From assembly GCA_965261975.1 (NCBI GenBank), contig CBDHEC010000046.1, positions 33,848 to 97,847 on the forward strand: a stretch of DNA of 64,000 bases, read 5' to 3'. The translations under genes were made by a program, and so were the position numbers. This document shows, in pieces, positions 1-9,431 of the stretch. Positions within the stretch are counted from its first letter, which is position 1. The number at the start of each line of letters is the position of its first letter. This DNA comes from Alphaproteobacteria bacterium (GTDB taxonomy: Bacteria > Pseudomonadota > Alphaproteobacteria > UBA6615). Below the pieces are notes generated by a model. It worked only from the letters and a program-made list of their open reading frames with translations, was not told the DNA's origin and searched no databases.

Positions 1-414
1 ACCGGAGGCCGGGGCGCGGGTCTCGCCAACGGCGCGGTCGGCCGCTGCCGCGATGGCTTTCGGGTTTACGGCGTCGGGCTCGATGATTTCGAGCGCCCCC
101 CGGTCGGCCAGCAGGCGGCAGCGCAGGGTCTGCTCACTTTCCAGCCCGCCGGCATAGGGGATGCACACGGCCGGGGTGCGGGCGGCCAGAACTTCCATCA
201 CCGTGTTGTAGCCGCCCGGTGCCAGCAGGAACAACCCGCCGAAGATCAGCACGATGGCGATCTGCACGAGCGAGATAATCTGTTCGGAACGATCCTGCTG
301 GCGCGCCACATCCTCGCGCACCCGCGGCGGCAACACCGGCGCGGTACCCCCACGCAATGCGGTGAGCATGCGGGAGATCGGGTTGCGGGATGCCTCTTCG
401 GTCGGTGTCGTCAT
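1..414 (-). CDS. Partial ORF running off the left edge; apparent chimera of a membrane adenylate/guanylate-cyclase-like N-terminus and a GT28 C-terminal-like glycosyltransferase segment
   Basis: Hand translation from ATG at 414: MTTPTEE...LPPRVREDVARQQDRSEQIISLVQIAIVLIFGGLFLLAP then GGYNTVMEVLAARTPAVCIPYAGGLESEQTLRCRLLADRG. No stop to position 1. Absent from the ORF track. Confidence 0.6.
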   Translation of the reverse strand, partial: MTTPTEEASRNPISRMLTALRGGTAPVLPPRVREDVARQQDRSEQIISLVQIAIVLIFGGLFLLAPGGYNTVMEVLAARTPAVCIPYAGGLESEQTLRCRLLADRGALEIIEPDAVNPKAIAAAADRAVGETRAPASG

Positions 415-499
415 GACGGGTATATGGGGCGGGCGTCGGTGGTTTCCCATAAACGTCCCGTGATCGGCGAGCTGGCCCGGGATACGGCCCACACCCGCG

Positions 500-1396
500 C
501 TAGAATTTCAGCGTCAGGCCTTCACGTGCGACCACGGTATTCTCGAACCGGTCTTTCGCCTCTTTCTCGATCTGCGCCATCGCGGCGTCGTCATGGGACG
601 GGTCATGATGGAAGGGCACATAGGTGCCCACCTTTGCGATCTCGGCCAGGGCCGCGCCCTCCTGCCAGGTCGAGTGGCCCCAGCCCTCATGGGCCGGGTA
701 TTCGTCCTCGGTGTAGGTGGTGTCGTAGATGAACAGGTCGGCCCCGTCGATCAACGTCAGGATCGCCTCGTCATGGGTGCCGGCCACATGCTCGGTGTCG
801 GTCACGTAGCAGACGGCCTTGCCGTCGCGCTCGATCCGGTAACCGGTGGCGCCGCCCGGATGGTTCAGGAGCGCGGTCGTCACGCTGGCGCCGCAGGACA
901 ATTCGAAACTCTCGCCCGCCTTGAAGTCCTCGACGGATTTGGCCGCCACCAGAACATCCATGGGGATGGGAAACAGCGGGTCAGCCATCATCATGTGCAG
1001 CACCTCGGAGAGATTGCGGTCGTCGGGCAGGTGCCCCGCCCACAGGCGCAGATTCGAGTCCGGGCAGTAGGCCGGCGCGAAGAAGGGCAGGCCGACCAGA
1101 TGATCGAGATGGGTGTGGCTCAACAGGATGTCGGCATCGACCCCGGTGTCCGACGCGACCAGGGCGTTGCCCAGCGGCCGGATGCCCGTGCCGGCATCGA
1201 GGATGATGTGGCCGGGCTTGCCGCCGGGTCCGCTCCCGCAGGTGATTTCCACGCAGGAGGTGTTGCCGCCGAACGCCGTCGTCTCCGGGCCCGGACACGC
1301 GATCGACCCGCGCACGCCCCAGAAGGTGACCTCGACCTTGCCCCCCGCGTCAGCCACGTCAGGCACCCACAACGCCGGCCTTGCGGCGCGGCACAT
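500..1396 (-). CDS. MBL-fold metallo-hydrolase (RNase Z/phosphodiesterase-like)
   Basis: FWGVRGSIACPG, GGNTSCVE, HTHLDH metal motif, LNHPGG, GWGHST, HHDP. True start may be slightly downstream. Confidence 0.9.
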   Translation of the reverse strand: MCRAARPALWVPDVADAGGKVEVTFWGVRGSIACPGPETTAFGGNTSCVEITCGSGPGGKPGHIILDAGTGIRPLGNALVASDTGVDADILLSHTHLDHLVGLPFFAPAYCPDSNLRLWAGHLPDDRNLSEVLHMMMADPLFPIPMDVLVAAKSVEDFKAGESFELSCGASVTTALLNHPGGATGYRIERDGKAVCYVTDTEHVAGTHDEAILTLIDGADLFIYDTTYTEDEYPAHEGWGHSTWQEGAALAEIAKVGTYVPFHHDPSHDDAAMAQIEKEAKDRFENTVVAREGLTLKF

Positions 1397-1597
1397 ATGT
1401 CAAACTAGAATACATCGAACCGGATAGTGCCCCATTTCAGACCGGTCCGGTAATGGCGGAGTGATATAGCGAAGAGCTATTTTCCGCCGCCAACATGCGT
1501 CTGCGAACATTGAGTATTCCGGGAACAACCCGGCGCACCACCATCGGCGCAAGATCAGCGTGCGGGCCGACGAGACCCGCACACTGTCGTTACGCGC

Positions 1598-3280
1598 TCA
1601 GGATTCCGACGGCTGGGCCGATGATGGCTCCACATGGGTCGTCGGCTGGCCGATCTTCTGGCGCTGGCCGTCGCGGTAAATCGCCGTCAGCAGCGAGATC
1701 CCCATCAGCACCATGACGAGGCTAAACGGCAGCGCGCCGATCACCATCGCGGTCTGGATGGCGCCCAGTCCGCCGGCAATGATCAAACCGCCGACCACCA
1801 GCGCCAGCGCGCCACCCCAGAATAGGATATGCGGGCGGGCCTTGGGGCCCTCGTCGCCGGCGGCGTTGATGGTGTTGATGATCAGGACCGCGCTGTCGGC
1901 CGACGTCACCAGATAGGTCAGCAACAGGATGACGATGATGATCGACATCAGATAGGCCAGGGTGTCGCTCAGGATCACCGCCAGCATCGCGAACAGCTGG
2001 TCGGCCTGTCCGGCATCGGCGATGGCGCCGTTGGCGACCCCGGAAAGCTCCAGGTCGATGGCGGTGCCGCCGACCAGCGCGAACCAGATGAAGCACATCG
2101 CCGCCGGGATGATCAGCGCCCCCAGGACGTACTCACGAATGGTCCGCCCCTTGGAGATGCGGGCGAGGAATACGCCCACGAACGGGGCAAACGCGATCCA
2201 CCAGGCCCAGTAGAAGATGGTCCAACCACCCTGCCAGCCCGCCAGCGCGTCGCCGGTCTCCGTGCCGTCCTCGGCCCAGACCGTCAGCAGATTGCCGGGG
2301 ATCGAGGCCAGGTAGTCCCAGATCCCGACGAAGAAGGCCGTCAGACCGAAGAAGGTGGAGCCGAACAGGAGGAAGAAGATCAGAACGAAGAAACTCAGTC
2401 CCATGTTGATGTTCGACAGCCATTTGATGCCCTTGCCCACACCCGAAAGCGCGGACAGGGTCGACGCGCCCATGATCACGATCAGCGCCATGATGATTCC
2501 GGCCGTCGAGGAAGATCGGGTGCCGTCCGCCGCGATGTCATAGAGCCAGTCGCCCACGCCGATCCGCGACAGGCCCGAGATGAACTGCTCCACACCGAAA
2601 CCAAGCGTCTGGGACACACCCAACACGGTCGCGACCACTGCAACCACGTCGACCAAATGCCCGACGGGGCCGGAAAGGGATTTGCCGAACAGCGGCGTCA
2701 GCGCCGAGCGGATCGTCAACGGGAGCCCGCGCCGATAGCAGAAATAGGCGAGCGCCAAGCCGACGATGGCATAGGAGGCCCAGGCCGCGAGCCCCCAATG
2801 GGTGAAGGACCAGACATAGGCTTCACGCACGTTGCCGGCCGTGCTGCCCTCGGTCACCCCCATGATCGTGCTGGGGTTGGACGCGAAGTGATACATGGGT
2901 TCGGCCGTCGCGAAGGTCAGCATGCCGATGCCAATGCCCGCGCCGAACATCATCGAGAACCAGGAAAAGTTCGAGAATTCCGGTCGGTCGTCCTCATGGC
3001 CCAGGCGCAGCCGGCCGGCCGTCGGCCAGAGCGCCAGCGCGAAGCAGAGGATGACGAAGAACGCCATCGCATAGACGTACCAGTAGTTGAAAGAAGCCAG
3101 GATGATGCTGTTCAGATCGCCCAGGACGGCGGCGGCCTGGGCGGGAAAGGCAATCGCCCACAGGATCAGGGCGCCGACCAGGATTTTGCCGGTGATGGTG
3201 ACGTCCTTGGTGAAGCCCCGGTAGAATCCCGACGCCGAAATCGGAATGGGCAGATCAGTAACTGGCTCTTTGAATGACAT
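1598..3280 (-). CDS. BCCT family (betaine/carnitine/choline) transporter
   Basis: SWFSMMFGAGIGIG and WTIFYWAWWIAFAPFVGVFLARIS signatures; about 12 hydrophobic segments. Confidence 0.95.
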   Translation of the reverse strand: MSFKEPVTDLPIPISASGFYRGFTKDVTITGKILVGALILWAIAFPAQAAAVLGDLNSIILASFNYWYVYAMAFFVILCFALALWPTAGRLRLGHEDDRPEFSNFSWFSMMFGAGIGIGMLTFATAEPMYHFASNPSTIMGVTEGSTAGNVREAYVWSFTHWGLAAWASYAIVGLALAYFCYRRGLPLTIRSALTPLFGKSLSGPVGHLVDVVAVVATVLGVSQTLGFGVEQFISGLSRIGVGDWLYDIAADGTRSSSTAGIIMALIVIMGASTLSALSGVGKGIKWLSNINMGLSFFVLIFFLLFGSTFFGLTAFFVGIWDYLASIPGNLLTVWAEDGTETGDALAGWQGGWTIFYWAWWIAFAPFVGVFLARISKGRTIREYVLGALIIPAAMCFIWFALVGGTAIDLELSGVANGAIADAGQADQLFAMLAVILSDTLAYLMSIIIVILLLTYLVTSADSAVLIINTINAAGDEGPKARPHILFWGGALALVVGGLIIAGGLGAIQTAMVIGALPFSLVMVLMGISLLTAIYRDGQRQKIGQPTTHVEPSSAQPSES

Positions 3281-3388
3281 CGTGCTCGCTCTTTGTAATT
3301 ACGTACGAGTGTATGATCATATAGATTCGCCACCAGATAACAAATATGTCCGGAATACTTTGTGATTAACTATCGGCAAAGAAAATTT

Positions 3389-3438
3389 TATTCATTGAAT
3401 ACTTGTTGTTTTCGTTTTTACATATATTTCATTGAATA
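3389..3438. promoter_or_regulatory. Pair of operator-like TTCATTGAATA sites in the AT-rich divergent promoter region
   Basis: TATTCA-T-TGAATA palindrome at 3389-3401; TTCATTGAATA repeated at 3428-3438. Confidence 0.5.
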
Positions 3439-3543
3439 TCTGCGATTCCTCTTTCCGCGCTTCACACGAACACTGTAAACCCGGCACCATGGGGCAAGCC
3501 GCCCGAACACGAATGACCGGCAGTATCTGAGGGCCCTTGAAGC

Positions 3544-4791
3544 ATGTCCAACCCCGCCACGCAGACCTCGCAGACGAACTGGACCGGCGTGTCCTATGGC
3601 ATCGTGCTCGGCTTCGTCGCCGCCTACTTCCAGTTCAAGGTCCCGCCGGTCCTGCCGGTGATGTTCGACCTCTACGCCTACAACACCATCGTCGCGGGCG
3701 GGTTCATGTCGATCTTCGCCATCGCCGGCATGCTGATCAGCGTGCGCGTCGGCCGGGCGATCCGGCGCGACGGCGCCCAGCGCTACCTGATGGCCGCCTT
3801 CGGGCTGATGCTGGCGGGCACCGCGCTTGGCCTGGCGTTTCCGGAATCGGGCACGGTGATGCTCACCTCCCGCCTGATCGAGGGGTTCGGGGCCGCGGTG
3901 CTCGCCGTGTGCATGCCGGCGTTTGCCAACATGAGCGCGGGGCCGGGGCACCTGCCCATCGTGATCGCCGCCCAGGCCACCTGGATTCCCGTCGGCCAGC
4001 TGGTCGCCAACATCGTCGCCCAGCCCTCGGTCGCGGTGAATTTCTGGCAGCCGGTCTGGTGGTTCGGCGCGGCGGCCACCCTCGCGGTGGCGCTGTGGAC
4101 CCTGTGGATCGTCAGGCGCGGGAGCGTGCCGGGTGTGGCGCATATCCGTGCGGCAGCGGCAGGCGAAGATGGTGCAGCAGCGGCCAAGGACGCGGTGGCG
4201 CTCACAGCGAAAGAGATACGCGCGCTGTGGGTCGCCGCCGTCCTGTTCTTCCTGTGGCAGGCCCAGTTCATGGGCTATTTCACCTGGCTGCCGGTCTACC
4301 TGGTGGACGTCCGCGCCTTCAGTGCCGACGGCGCGGTGCTGATCAACCAGATCCCGGTGGTCGTGCTGCTGATCTTCTCGCTGCTCGGCGGGATGATCTT
4401 GAAGATCGGCGTCGGCGTGGTCCGGCTGCTCACCTTCGCCCTGGCGCTCCAGGCCGTGGGCTGGGCGATGATCCCGTTCGCGGGCAACGGCGTCATCGGG
4501 CTGGCCAGCCTTGTGGTCTGGGGCATCGCCGCGGGGCTGACGCCGACGTCACTATGGGCATTGCCGTCGACCCTCGTCGGCGGCCACCGCGCGGGTACCG
4601 ACGCCTTCGCGGTGGTCCTGACCGGGCGTTATCTCGGCATCCTCGCCGGGCCGCTCATCGCGGCGGGCATGTTCGAGCTGACCGGCGACTGGATCACCGT
4701 CGCCTACACCTTCGTGGTCATCGCGGGGCTGACCATCGTCGGCACGCTTTATCTGGGAACGCGCATCCGCGAGCTCAGGGCCGACGCCTAG
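3544..4791 (+). CDS. MFS transporter
   Basis: 415 aa, about 12 TM segments in two halves with a central hydrophilic loop; SRLIEGFG motif. Confidence 0.85.
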   Translation: MSNPATQTSQTNWTGVSYGIVLGFVAAYFQFKVPPVLPVMFDLYAYNTIVAGGFMSIFAIAGMLISVRVGRAIRRDGAQRYLMAAFGLMLAGTALGLAFPESGTVMLTSRLIEGFGAAVLAVCMPAFANMSAGPGHLPIVIAAQATWIPVGQLVANIVAQPSVAVNFWQPVWWFGAAATLAVALWTLWIVRRGSVPGVAHIRAAAAGEDGAAAAKDAVALTAKEIRALWVAAVLFFLWQAQFMGYFTWLPVYLVDVRAFSADGAVLINQIPVVVLLIFSLLGGMILKIGVGVVRLLTFALALQAVGWAMIPFAGNGVIGLASLVVWGIAAGLTPTSLWALPSTLVGGHRAGTDAFAVVLTGRYLGILAGPLIAAGMFELTGDWITVAYTFVVIAGLTIVGTLYLGTRIRELRADA

Positions 4792-4800
4792 GAAACGTTC

Positions 4801-5526
4801 TTACGGAACCAGGCGGTACCCGCCCGGCTCGGTCACGAGAATCCGCGCGTTCGACGGGTCGGCCTCGATCTTCTGGCGCAGGCGGTAGACATGGGTCTCC
4901 AGCGTGTGGGTCGTGACCCCGGCGTTGTAGCCCCAGACCTCGCCCAGCAGGGTGTCGCGGCTGACGACCTTGTCGCCGGCGCGATACAGATATTTCAGGA
5001 TCGCCGTTTCCTTCTCGGTCAGGCGCACCTTTCGTTCGTCGCCGTCGACCAGGATCTTCTGGGCCGGCTGGAAGGTGTACGGCCCGATGGAGAAGACCGC
5101 GTCCTCGCTCTGCTCGTGCTGGCGCAGCTGCGCGCGCAGGCGGGCCAGCAAGACATTCAACCGGAACGGCTTGGCGATATAGTCATTCGCGCCGGCGTCC
5201 AGGCCGAGGATCTGGTCGGCGTCGGTGTCGTGGCCCGTCAGCATGATGATCGGCGACTTCACGCCGTTGCGGCGCAGCAGCCGGCAGACCTCGCGGCCGT
5301 CCATGTCGGGCAGGCCGACATCGAGCAGGATCGCATCGAAATACTCGTCCTTCGTCACCTCGAGCGCGGCCTCGGCGGTCGTCGCCTCCGTGGTCACGAA
5401 CTCCTCGTGCAGGCGCAGCTGCTCCGACAGGGAATCCCGCAACGCGTCGTCGTCGTCGATCAGCAGAATCTTCTTGCCGTTCGCGGACTTGGTCTCAATC
5501 ACATTCGTCATCGCCAAACTCGCCAT
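4801..5526 (-). CDS. cenR: OmpR-family response regulator, CenR/OtpR orthologue
   Basis: KILLIDDD...LDVGLPDMDG receiver; RAQLRQHEQSEDAVF and WGYNAGVTTHTLETHVYRLRQKIE typical of alphaproteobacterial CenR; next to ribA, L,D-transpeptidase and yggS. Start at 5526 or 5511. Confidence 0.85.
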   Translation of the reverse strand: MASLAMTNVIETKSANGKKILLIDDDDALRDSLSEQLRLHEEFVTTEATTAEAALEVTKDEYFDAILLDVGLPDMDGREVCRLLRRNGVKSPIIMLTGHDTDADQILGLDAGANDYIAKPFRLNVLLARLRAQLRQHEQSEDAVFSIGPYTFQPAQKILVDGDERKVRLTEKETAILKYLYRAGDKVVSRDTLLGEVWGYNAGVTTHTLETHVYRLRQKIEADPSNARILVTEPGGYRLVP

Positions 5527-5528
5527 GT

Positions 5529-5813
5529 TTATGCGCTCACCTGAACGCCGCGCCAGAAGGCGACGTGGTCGCGGATGTTTTCCGCAGCCGGTTTCGGATC
5601 GGGATAATACCACGCCGCATCGGCGTTGACCTCGCCCTCGATTTCGACGGAGAGATAACTCGCCACGCCCTTCCAGGGGCAGCCCGTGGTCGTGGTGCTG
5701 TCCGTGAAATACTCCCGCTTCAGCGAGTCCATCGGGAAATAGATGTTCCCCTCGACGGTTTCGTAGCTCTCGCTCTCGGCAAGCACGATGTTGTTCCAGA
5801 CTGCTTTTGCCAT
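5529..5813 (-). CDS. DUF427 family protein
   Basis: MAKAVWNNIVLAES...VEGNIYFP...CPWKGVASY...AAWYYPDPK. Confidence 0.9.
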   Translation of the reverse strand: MAKAVWNNIVLAESESYETVEGNIYFPMDSLKREYFTDSTTTTGCPWKGVASYLSVEIEGEVNADAAWYYPDPKPAAENIRDHVAFWRGVQVSA

Positions 5814-6055
5814 AACGGCCCCCTTTGCGTTGCCAGACAGGTAGCGCTCCGGCGCGGTATTGCAAGAGGCAGGCCCCCGAATCCGGGGGCTCACGTTCGA
5901 TCACATTCCAGCGAGCGACAGCATGATTCCCGCCGCGCGCTCGTATCACGAGACAAGTGCCGCGCCCGTATTGCCGAGGGCACAAGGTTGGCGCATATTC
6001 CGCCCAACCGCGTAACCGCCAACGTCAATAAACGCCCCGACCGACCGACCCCGTA

Positions 6056-7174
6056 ATGCAGCAGCTTCCCAACACGCTCCAGCCCGTCGAACGCGCGATC
6101 TCCGATCTGCGCCGCGGGGCGACCATCGTCCTGATGGGGCAGGACCGGGCGCTGCTGGTCCACCCCGCCGAGGGCGCGACCGCGTCTCAGCTCGCGCGAA
6201 TCTCGGGGCTGACCAACGCCACCCCGGCCCTGCTGCTTACCGGGCGCCGCGCGGCCGTGCTCGAGTTGACCGAGAATCCCGGCGGCGCGGTCCGCCTGGC
6301 GCTGGCCGACGGGATCACGGCGGAGACCGTGCGGATGATGGCCGATCCGGCCGGCCCGCAGTCGGAGAAGAAACTGCCGGCCATCTCGATTTCCCAGATG
6401 GACCCCGGCCGCGACGCGATCGAGACCGGCGCGATCGAGCTGCTCAAGCTTGCCGGGCTGCTGCCCGCCGCCGTGGTCGCCGCCGTGCCGGCCGAACGGC
6501 TTGAATATCTCTCCGCCTGGGCCGAGACCCAGTCGCTGCTGACCGTCGAGCTCGAGCATGTGCTCAACTACCAGGAAATCGAGGCGCGCACCCTGGGGCG
6601 GGTCGGCGCGGCCCGGGTGCCCCTGGGCACCAACGAGAATGTCGAGATCGTTGCCTTTCGCCCCAGCGACGGCGGCCGCGAGCATCTGGCCATTATCATC
6701 GGCGCCCCCGACACGGCCGAACCCGTGCTGGTCAGGCTCCATTCGGAATGCTTCACCGGCGACCTGCTGGGCAGCCTGCGCTGCGATTGCGGCGACCAGC
6801 TGCGCGGCGCAATCGACGAGATCGGCGCGCAAGGCGGCGGCATGGTCCTGTATCTGGCCCAGGAGGGCCGGGGGATCGGGCTCGTCAACAAGCTGCGTGC
6901 CTATATGCTCCAGGATCAGGGCCTCGACACCATCGACGCCAACCAGCAGCTCGGCTTCGAGGCCGACGAGCGGCTCTACCGGCCGGCGGCCGAGATGCTG
7001 CATCAGCTCGGGTTCAAGACCGTCCGGCTCATGACCAACAACCCCGACAAGGTCTCGGCCTTGCGCGAATGGGACATCGATGTCGTCGAACGTGTCGAAC
7101 ACAGCTTCCCGTCGAACCAGCACAATGAATTCTACCTGGCCACCAAGCGGGACCGGGCGGGCCATTTGTTCTAG
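6056..7174 (+). CDS. ribA: GTP cyclohydrolase II with degenerate RibB-like N-terminal domain
   Basis: VRLHSECFTGDLLGSLRCDCG, QEGRGIGLVNK, LMTNNPDK. Confidence 0.95.
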   Translation: MQQLPNTLQPVERAISDLRRGATIVLMGQDRALLVHPAEGATASQLARISGLTNATPALLLTGRRAAVLELTENPGGAVRLALADGITAETVRMMADPAGPQSEKKLPAISISQMDPGRDAIETGAIELLKLAGLLPAAVVAAVPAERLEYLSAWAETQSLLTVELEHVLNYQEIEARTLGRVGAARVPLGTNENVEIVAFRPSDGGREHLAIIIGAPDTAEPVLVRLHSECFTGDLLGSLRCDCGDQLRGAIDEIGAQGGGMVLYLAQEGRGIGLVNKLRAYMLQDQGLDTIDANQQLGFEADERLYRPAAEMLHQLGFKTVRLMTNNPDKVSALREWDIDVVERVEHSFPSNQHNEFYLATKRDRAGHLF

Positions 7175-7265
7175 CCGACCGGCAATTAGTGCCGGGGCGA
7201 CGCAGATGACCGACATCTGCAACGCTGTAACTGCATGAATTAGCTGCATATTTTTTATCGCCGGC

Positions 7266-7281
7266 TGGCCCCGGGCTTGCA
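7266..7281 (+). promoter_or_regulatory. Putative sigma-54 (-24/-12) promoter
   Basis: TGGCCCCGGGCTTGCA with GG-N10-GC spacing, preceded by an AT-rich tract at ~7229-7259. Confidence 0.5.
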
Positions 7282-7295
7282 ACGTCGGTTTCGAT

Positions 7296-8117
7296 ATGAA
7301 TCTGACCGACCCCGTCGAACACAGCGAAGCCATGCTTGGCTATCACGACCCCACCTTGCGCGTGGGCATCGACGCGCGCGGCGAGTTTGGCGGTATGGAG
7401 AGCGCAGACGGCGAGGGTTTCTTCTCCACCCTGCTCGATATCATCAACCCGCTGCAGCACATCCCGCTGGTGTCGAGCCTGTATCGCGAGATCACCGGCG
7501 ACGAAATCAGCCCCGCGGCGCGAATCCTCGGCGGCGGCCTTTTCGGCGGCCCGATCGGCCTCGCCACGGCATCCGCGAACGCGGTTTTCGAGCAGGCATC
7601 GGGCGACGACATTCTTGGCCACACGCTCGCCGCCTTCTCCGACGAAAGCGGGCCGGACGCCGCACCCCAGCAGGCCGGCGTCCCGATTGTCCACGAACAG
7701 GCCGCCGCCGATCTCGACGCCGGCATCGTCATGAGCGGCCCGCCCGCGCTTGCCAGCCTGAAGGCGGCACCGCGCGAGGCCGCGAAAGCACCGAGCCCCC
7801 TGACGCCGCCGCCGGCCCCACAGAAGACCGCGCTTGTGGATCAGGCGGTAAATAGCGACGCCGCGGCCACACCGGCCGACGCCGACGCGGCGGAAACCGA
7901 GGCATTCCTGCGAGCGTTGCCGGCGAACTGGGTGAACGAGGCGCTGCGCGACGCGGCCACCGTAAACCAGGCCGTCCAGAACGGTGACGCCCCGGCACTG
8001 GGTGAGGCGAAACCCTGGGTCGGGAACGCCATCCTCGATGCGCTGAGCAAGTATGAAGCGATGACCAGGGCCCGAGCCGAACGGCCGGCCAACCAGGTCC
8101 CCGGCGCGCCGTCGTAA
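7296..8117 (+). CDS. Hypothetical protein with a conserved-looking LDIINPLQHIP...GGGLFGGPIG block and an Ala/Pro-rich tail
   Basis: 273-aa ORF with host-like codon usage; start uncertain. Confidence 0.7.
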   Translation: MNLTDPVEHSEAMLGYHDPTLRVGIDARGEFGGMESADGEGFFSTLLDIINPLQHIPLVSSLYREITGDEISPAARILGGGLFGGPIGLATASANAVFEQASGDDILGHTLAAFSDESGPDAAPQQAGVPIVHEQAAADLDAGIVMSGPPALASLKAAPREAAKAPSPLTPPPAPQKTALVDQAVNSDAAATPADADAAETEAFLRALPANWVNEALRDAATVNQAVQNGDAPALGEAKPWVGNAILDALSKYEAMTRARAERPANQVPGAPS

Positions 8118-8163
8118 CGTATCTGCGCTCGCAGGGCGCCCGCCGCACGGCTAGACTCAGCCC

Positions 8164-8676
8164 ATGGATATTCTCGTCACCCCCCGTCACGGGCACCGCG
8201 GCACGTTCTCCGTGTTCGATGAAACCCATGATTGCGCGCTCGGCCGCACCGGCGTGCGGGCCGAAAAGCGCGAGGGGGACGGGGCGACACCCGCCGGGCG
8301 GTTCGCCCTTCGCGAGATCCGCTACCGCGCCGACCGGGTCGCCTTGCCTGAAACCCGGCTCGCCGCGGCACCCCTGAACAAAGACGACGGCTGGTGCGAC
8401 GACCCCGCCGACCCGGCCTACAATCGCGCGGTGACATTGCCGTACGACGGCTCTGCCGAGACCATGTGGCGCAAGGACGGCCTCTACGATTTGCTGGTGA
8501 TCCTCGGCCACAACGATGCGCCGCCGATCGCCGGGATGGGCAGCGCGATCTTCCTGCATTGCGCGTCCCCGGAACTGGGCGAAACCGAAGGCTGTGTCGC
8601 CTTGCCGCGCGACACCCTGCTGGCACTCGTCCCGCGCCTGCGCGCAGACATGATGATCGATATTCGCGTCGCTTAA
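8164..8676 (+). CDS. L,D-transpeptidase (YkuD-like) family protein
   Basis: KREGDGATPAG, WCDDP, GSAIFLH, TEGCVAL catalytic His/Cys motif. Confidence 0.9.
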   Translation: MDILVTPRHGHRGTFSVFDETHDCALGRTGVRAEKREGDGATPAGRFALREIRYRADRVALPETRLAAAPLNKDDGWCDDPADPAYNRAVTLPYDGSAETMWRKDGLYDLLVILGHNDAPPIAGMGSAIFLHCASPELGETEGCVALPRDTLLALVPRLRADMMIDIRVA

Positions 8677-9371
8677 GCGGCGGTCACCCGCGGGCCGAAT
8701 ACACCGGTGCCGACGCGCACATGGGTCGCCCCCAGCTCCGTCGCCGCCTCGTAATCGGCCGACATGCCCATGCTCAGATTCGCCAACCCGTTGCGCGCCG
8801 CGATCTCGCCGAGCAGTGCGAAGTGGGGCGGGGCAGGCTCGTCTGCCGGCGGGATGCACATCAGGCCCTCGACCGGCAGCCCCAGCGCGCGACATGCGGC
8901 GATGAAACCATCGGCTTCGGCGGGCAGGATTCCGGCCTTCTGCGGCTCCTCGCCAGTATTGACCTGGACGAAACAACGCAACGTCTTGGCCGCACGGTCG
9001 AACTCCCGCGCCAGATGCTCCGCCAGTTTTTGCCGGTCGAGGCTCTGGATCACATCGAACAGTGCGACCGCCTCCTTGACCTTGTTGGTTTGCAACGGCC
9101 CGACCAGGTGGAGCTCCAGGCCGTCGATGTTCTCGCGCCGCGCGGCCCAATGGGCCTGGGCCTCCTGGACACGGTTTTCGCCGAACACGCGCTGGCCTGC
9201 CGCGAGCGCGGCATCGATCCGCGCCTCGGGCTGGGTCTTGCTGATGGCCACGAGCGTGACGTCGCCGGGATCGCGCCCTGCCCGTGCGGCCCCGGCGGCA
9301 ATACGCTCGCGGACTTGTTCCAGCCGCCCGGCAATATCAGCTCCGCCGGGATTCTCGTCTTCGTGCGACAC
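8673..9371 (-). CDS. yggS: PLP homeostasis protein YggS
   Basis: LVAISKT, FGENRVQE, HLVGPLQTNK, LSMGMSADYE, VRVGTGVFG; GTG start after GAGGG. Confidence 0.95.
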   Translation of the reverse strand: MSHEDENPGGADIAGRLEQVRERIAAGAARAGRDPGDVTLVAISKTQPEARIDAALAAGQRVFGENRVQEAQAHWAARRENIDGLELHLVGPLQTNKVKEAVALFDVIQSLDRQKLAEHLAREFDRAAKTLRCFVQVNTGEEPQKAGILPAEADGFIAACRALGLPVEGLMCIPPADEPAPPHFALLGEIAARNGLANLSMGMSADYEAATELGATHVRVGTGVFGPRVTAA

Positions 9372-9431
9372 AACGCCCTCCGTTCCGTGAACGCGATGTT
9401 CGTACGCGCCCTGTCGTATTATAAAGATGCC

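Noticed and set aside
4801-5985. 394-aa extended response regulator, and the N-terminally extended ORF-track versions of yggS, the JmjC gene, ogt, lutB and lutC
   Set aside because: Extensions overlap other real genes and are low-complexity; internal starts fit family lengths
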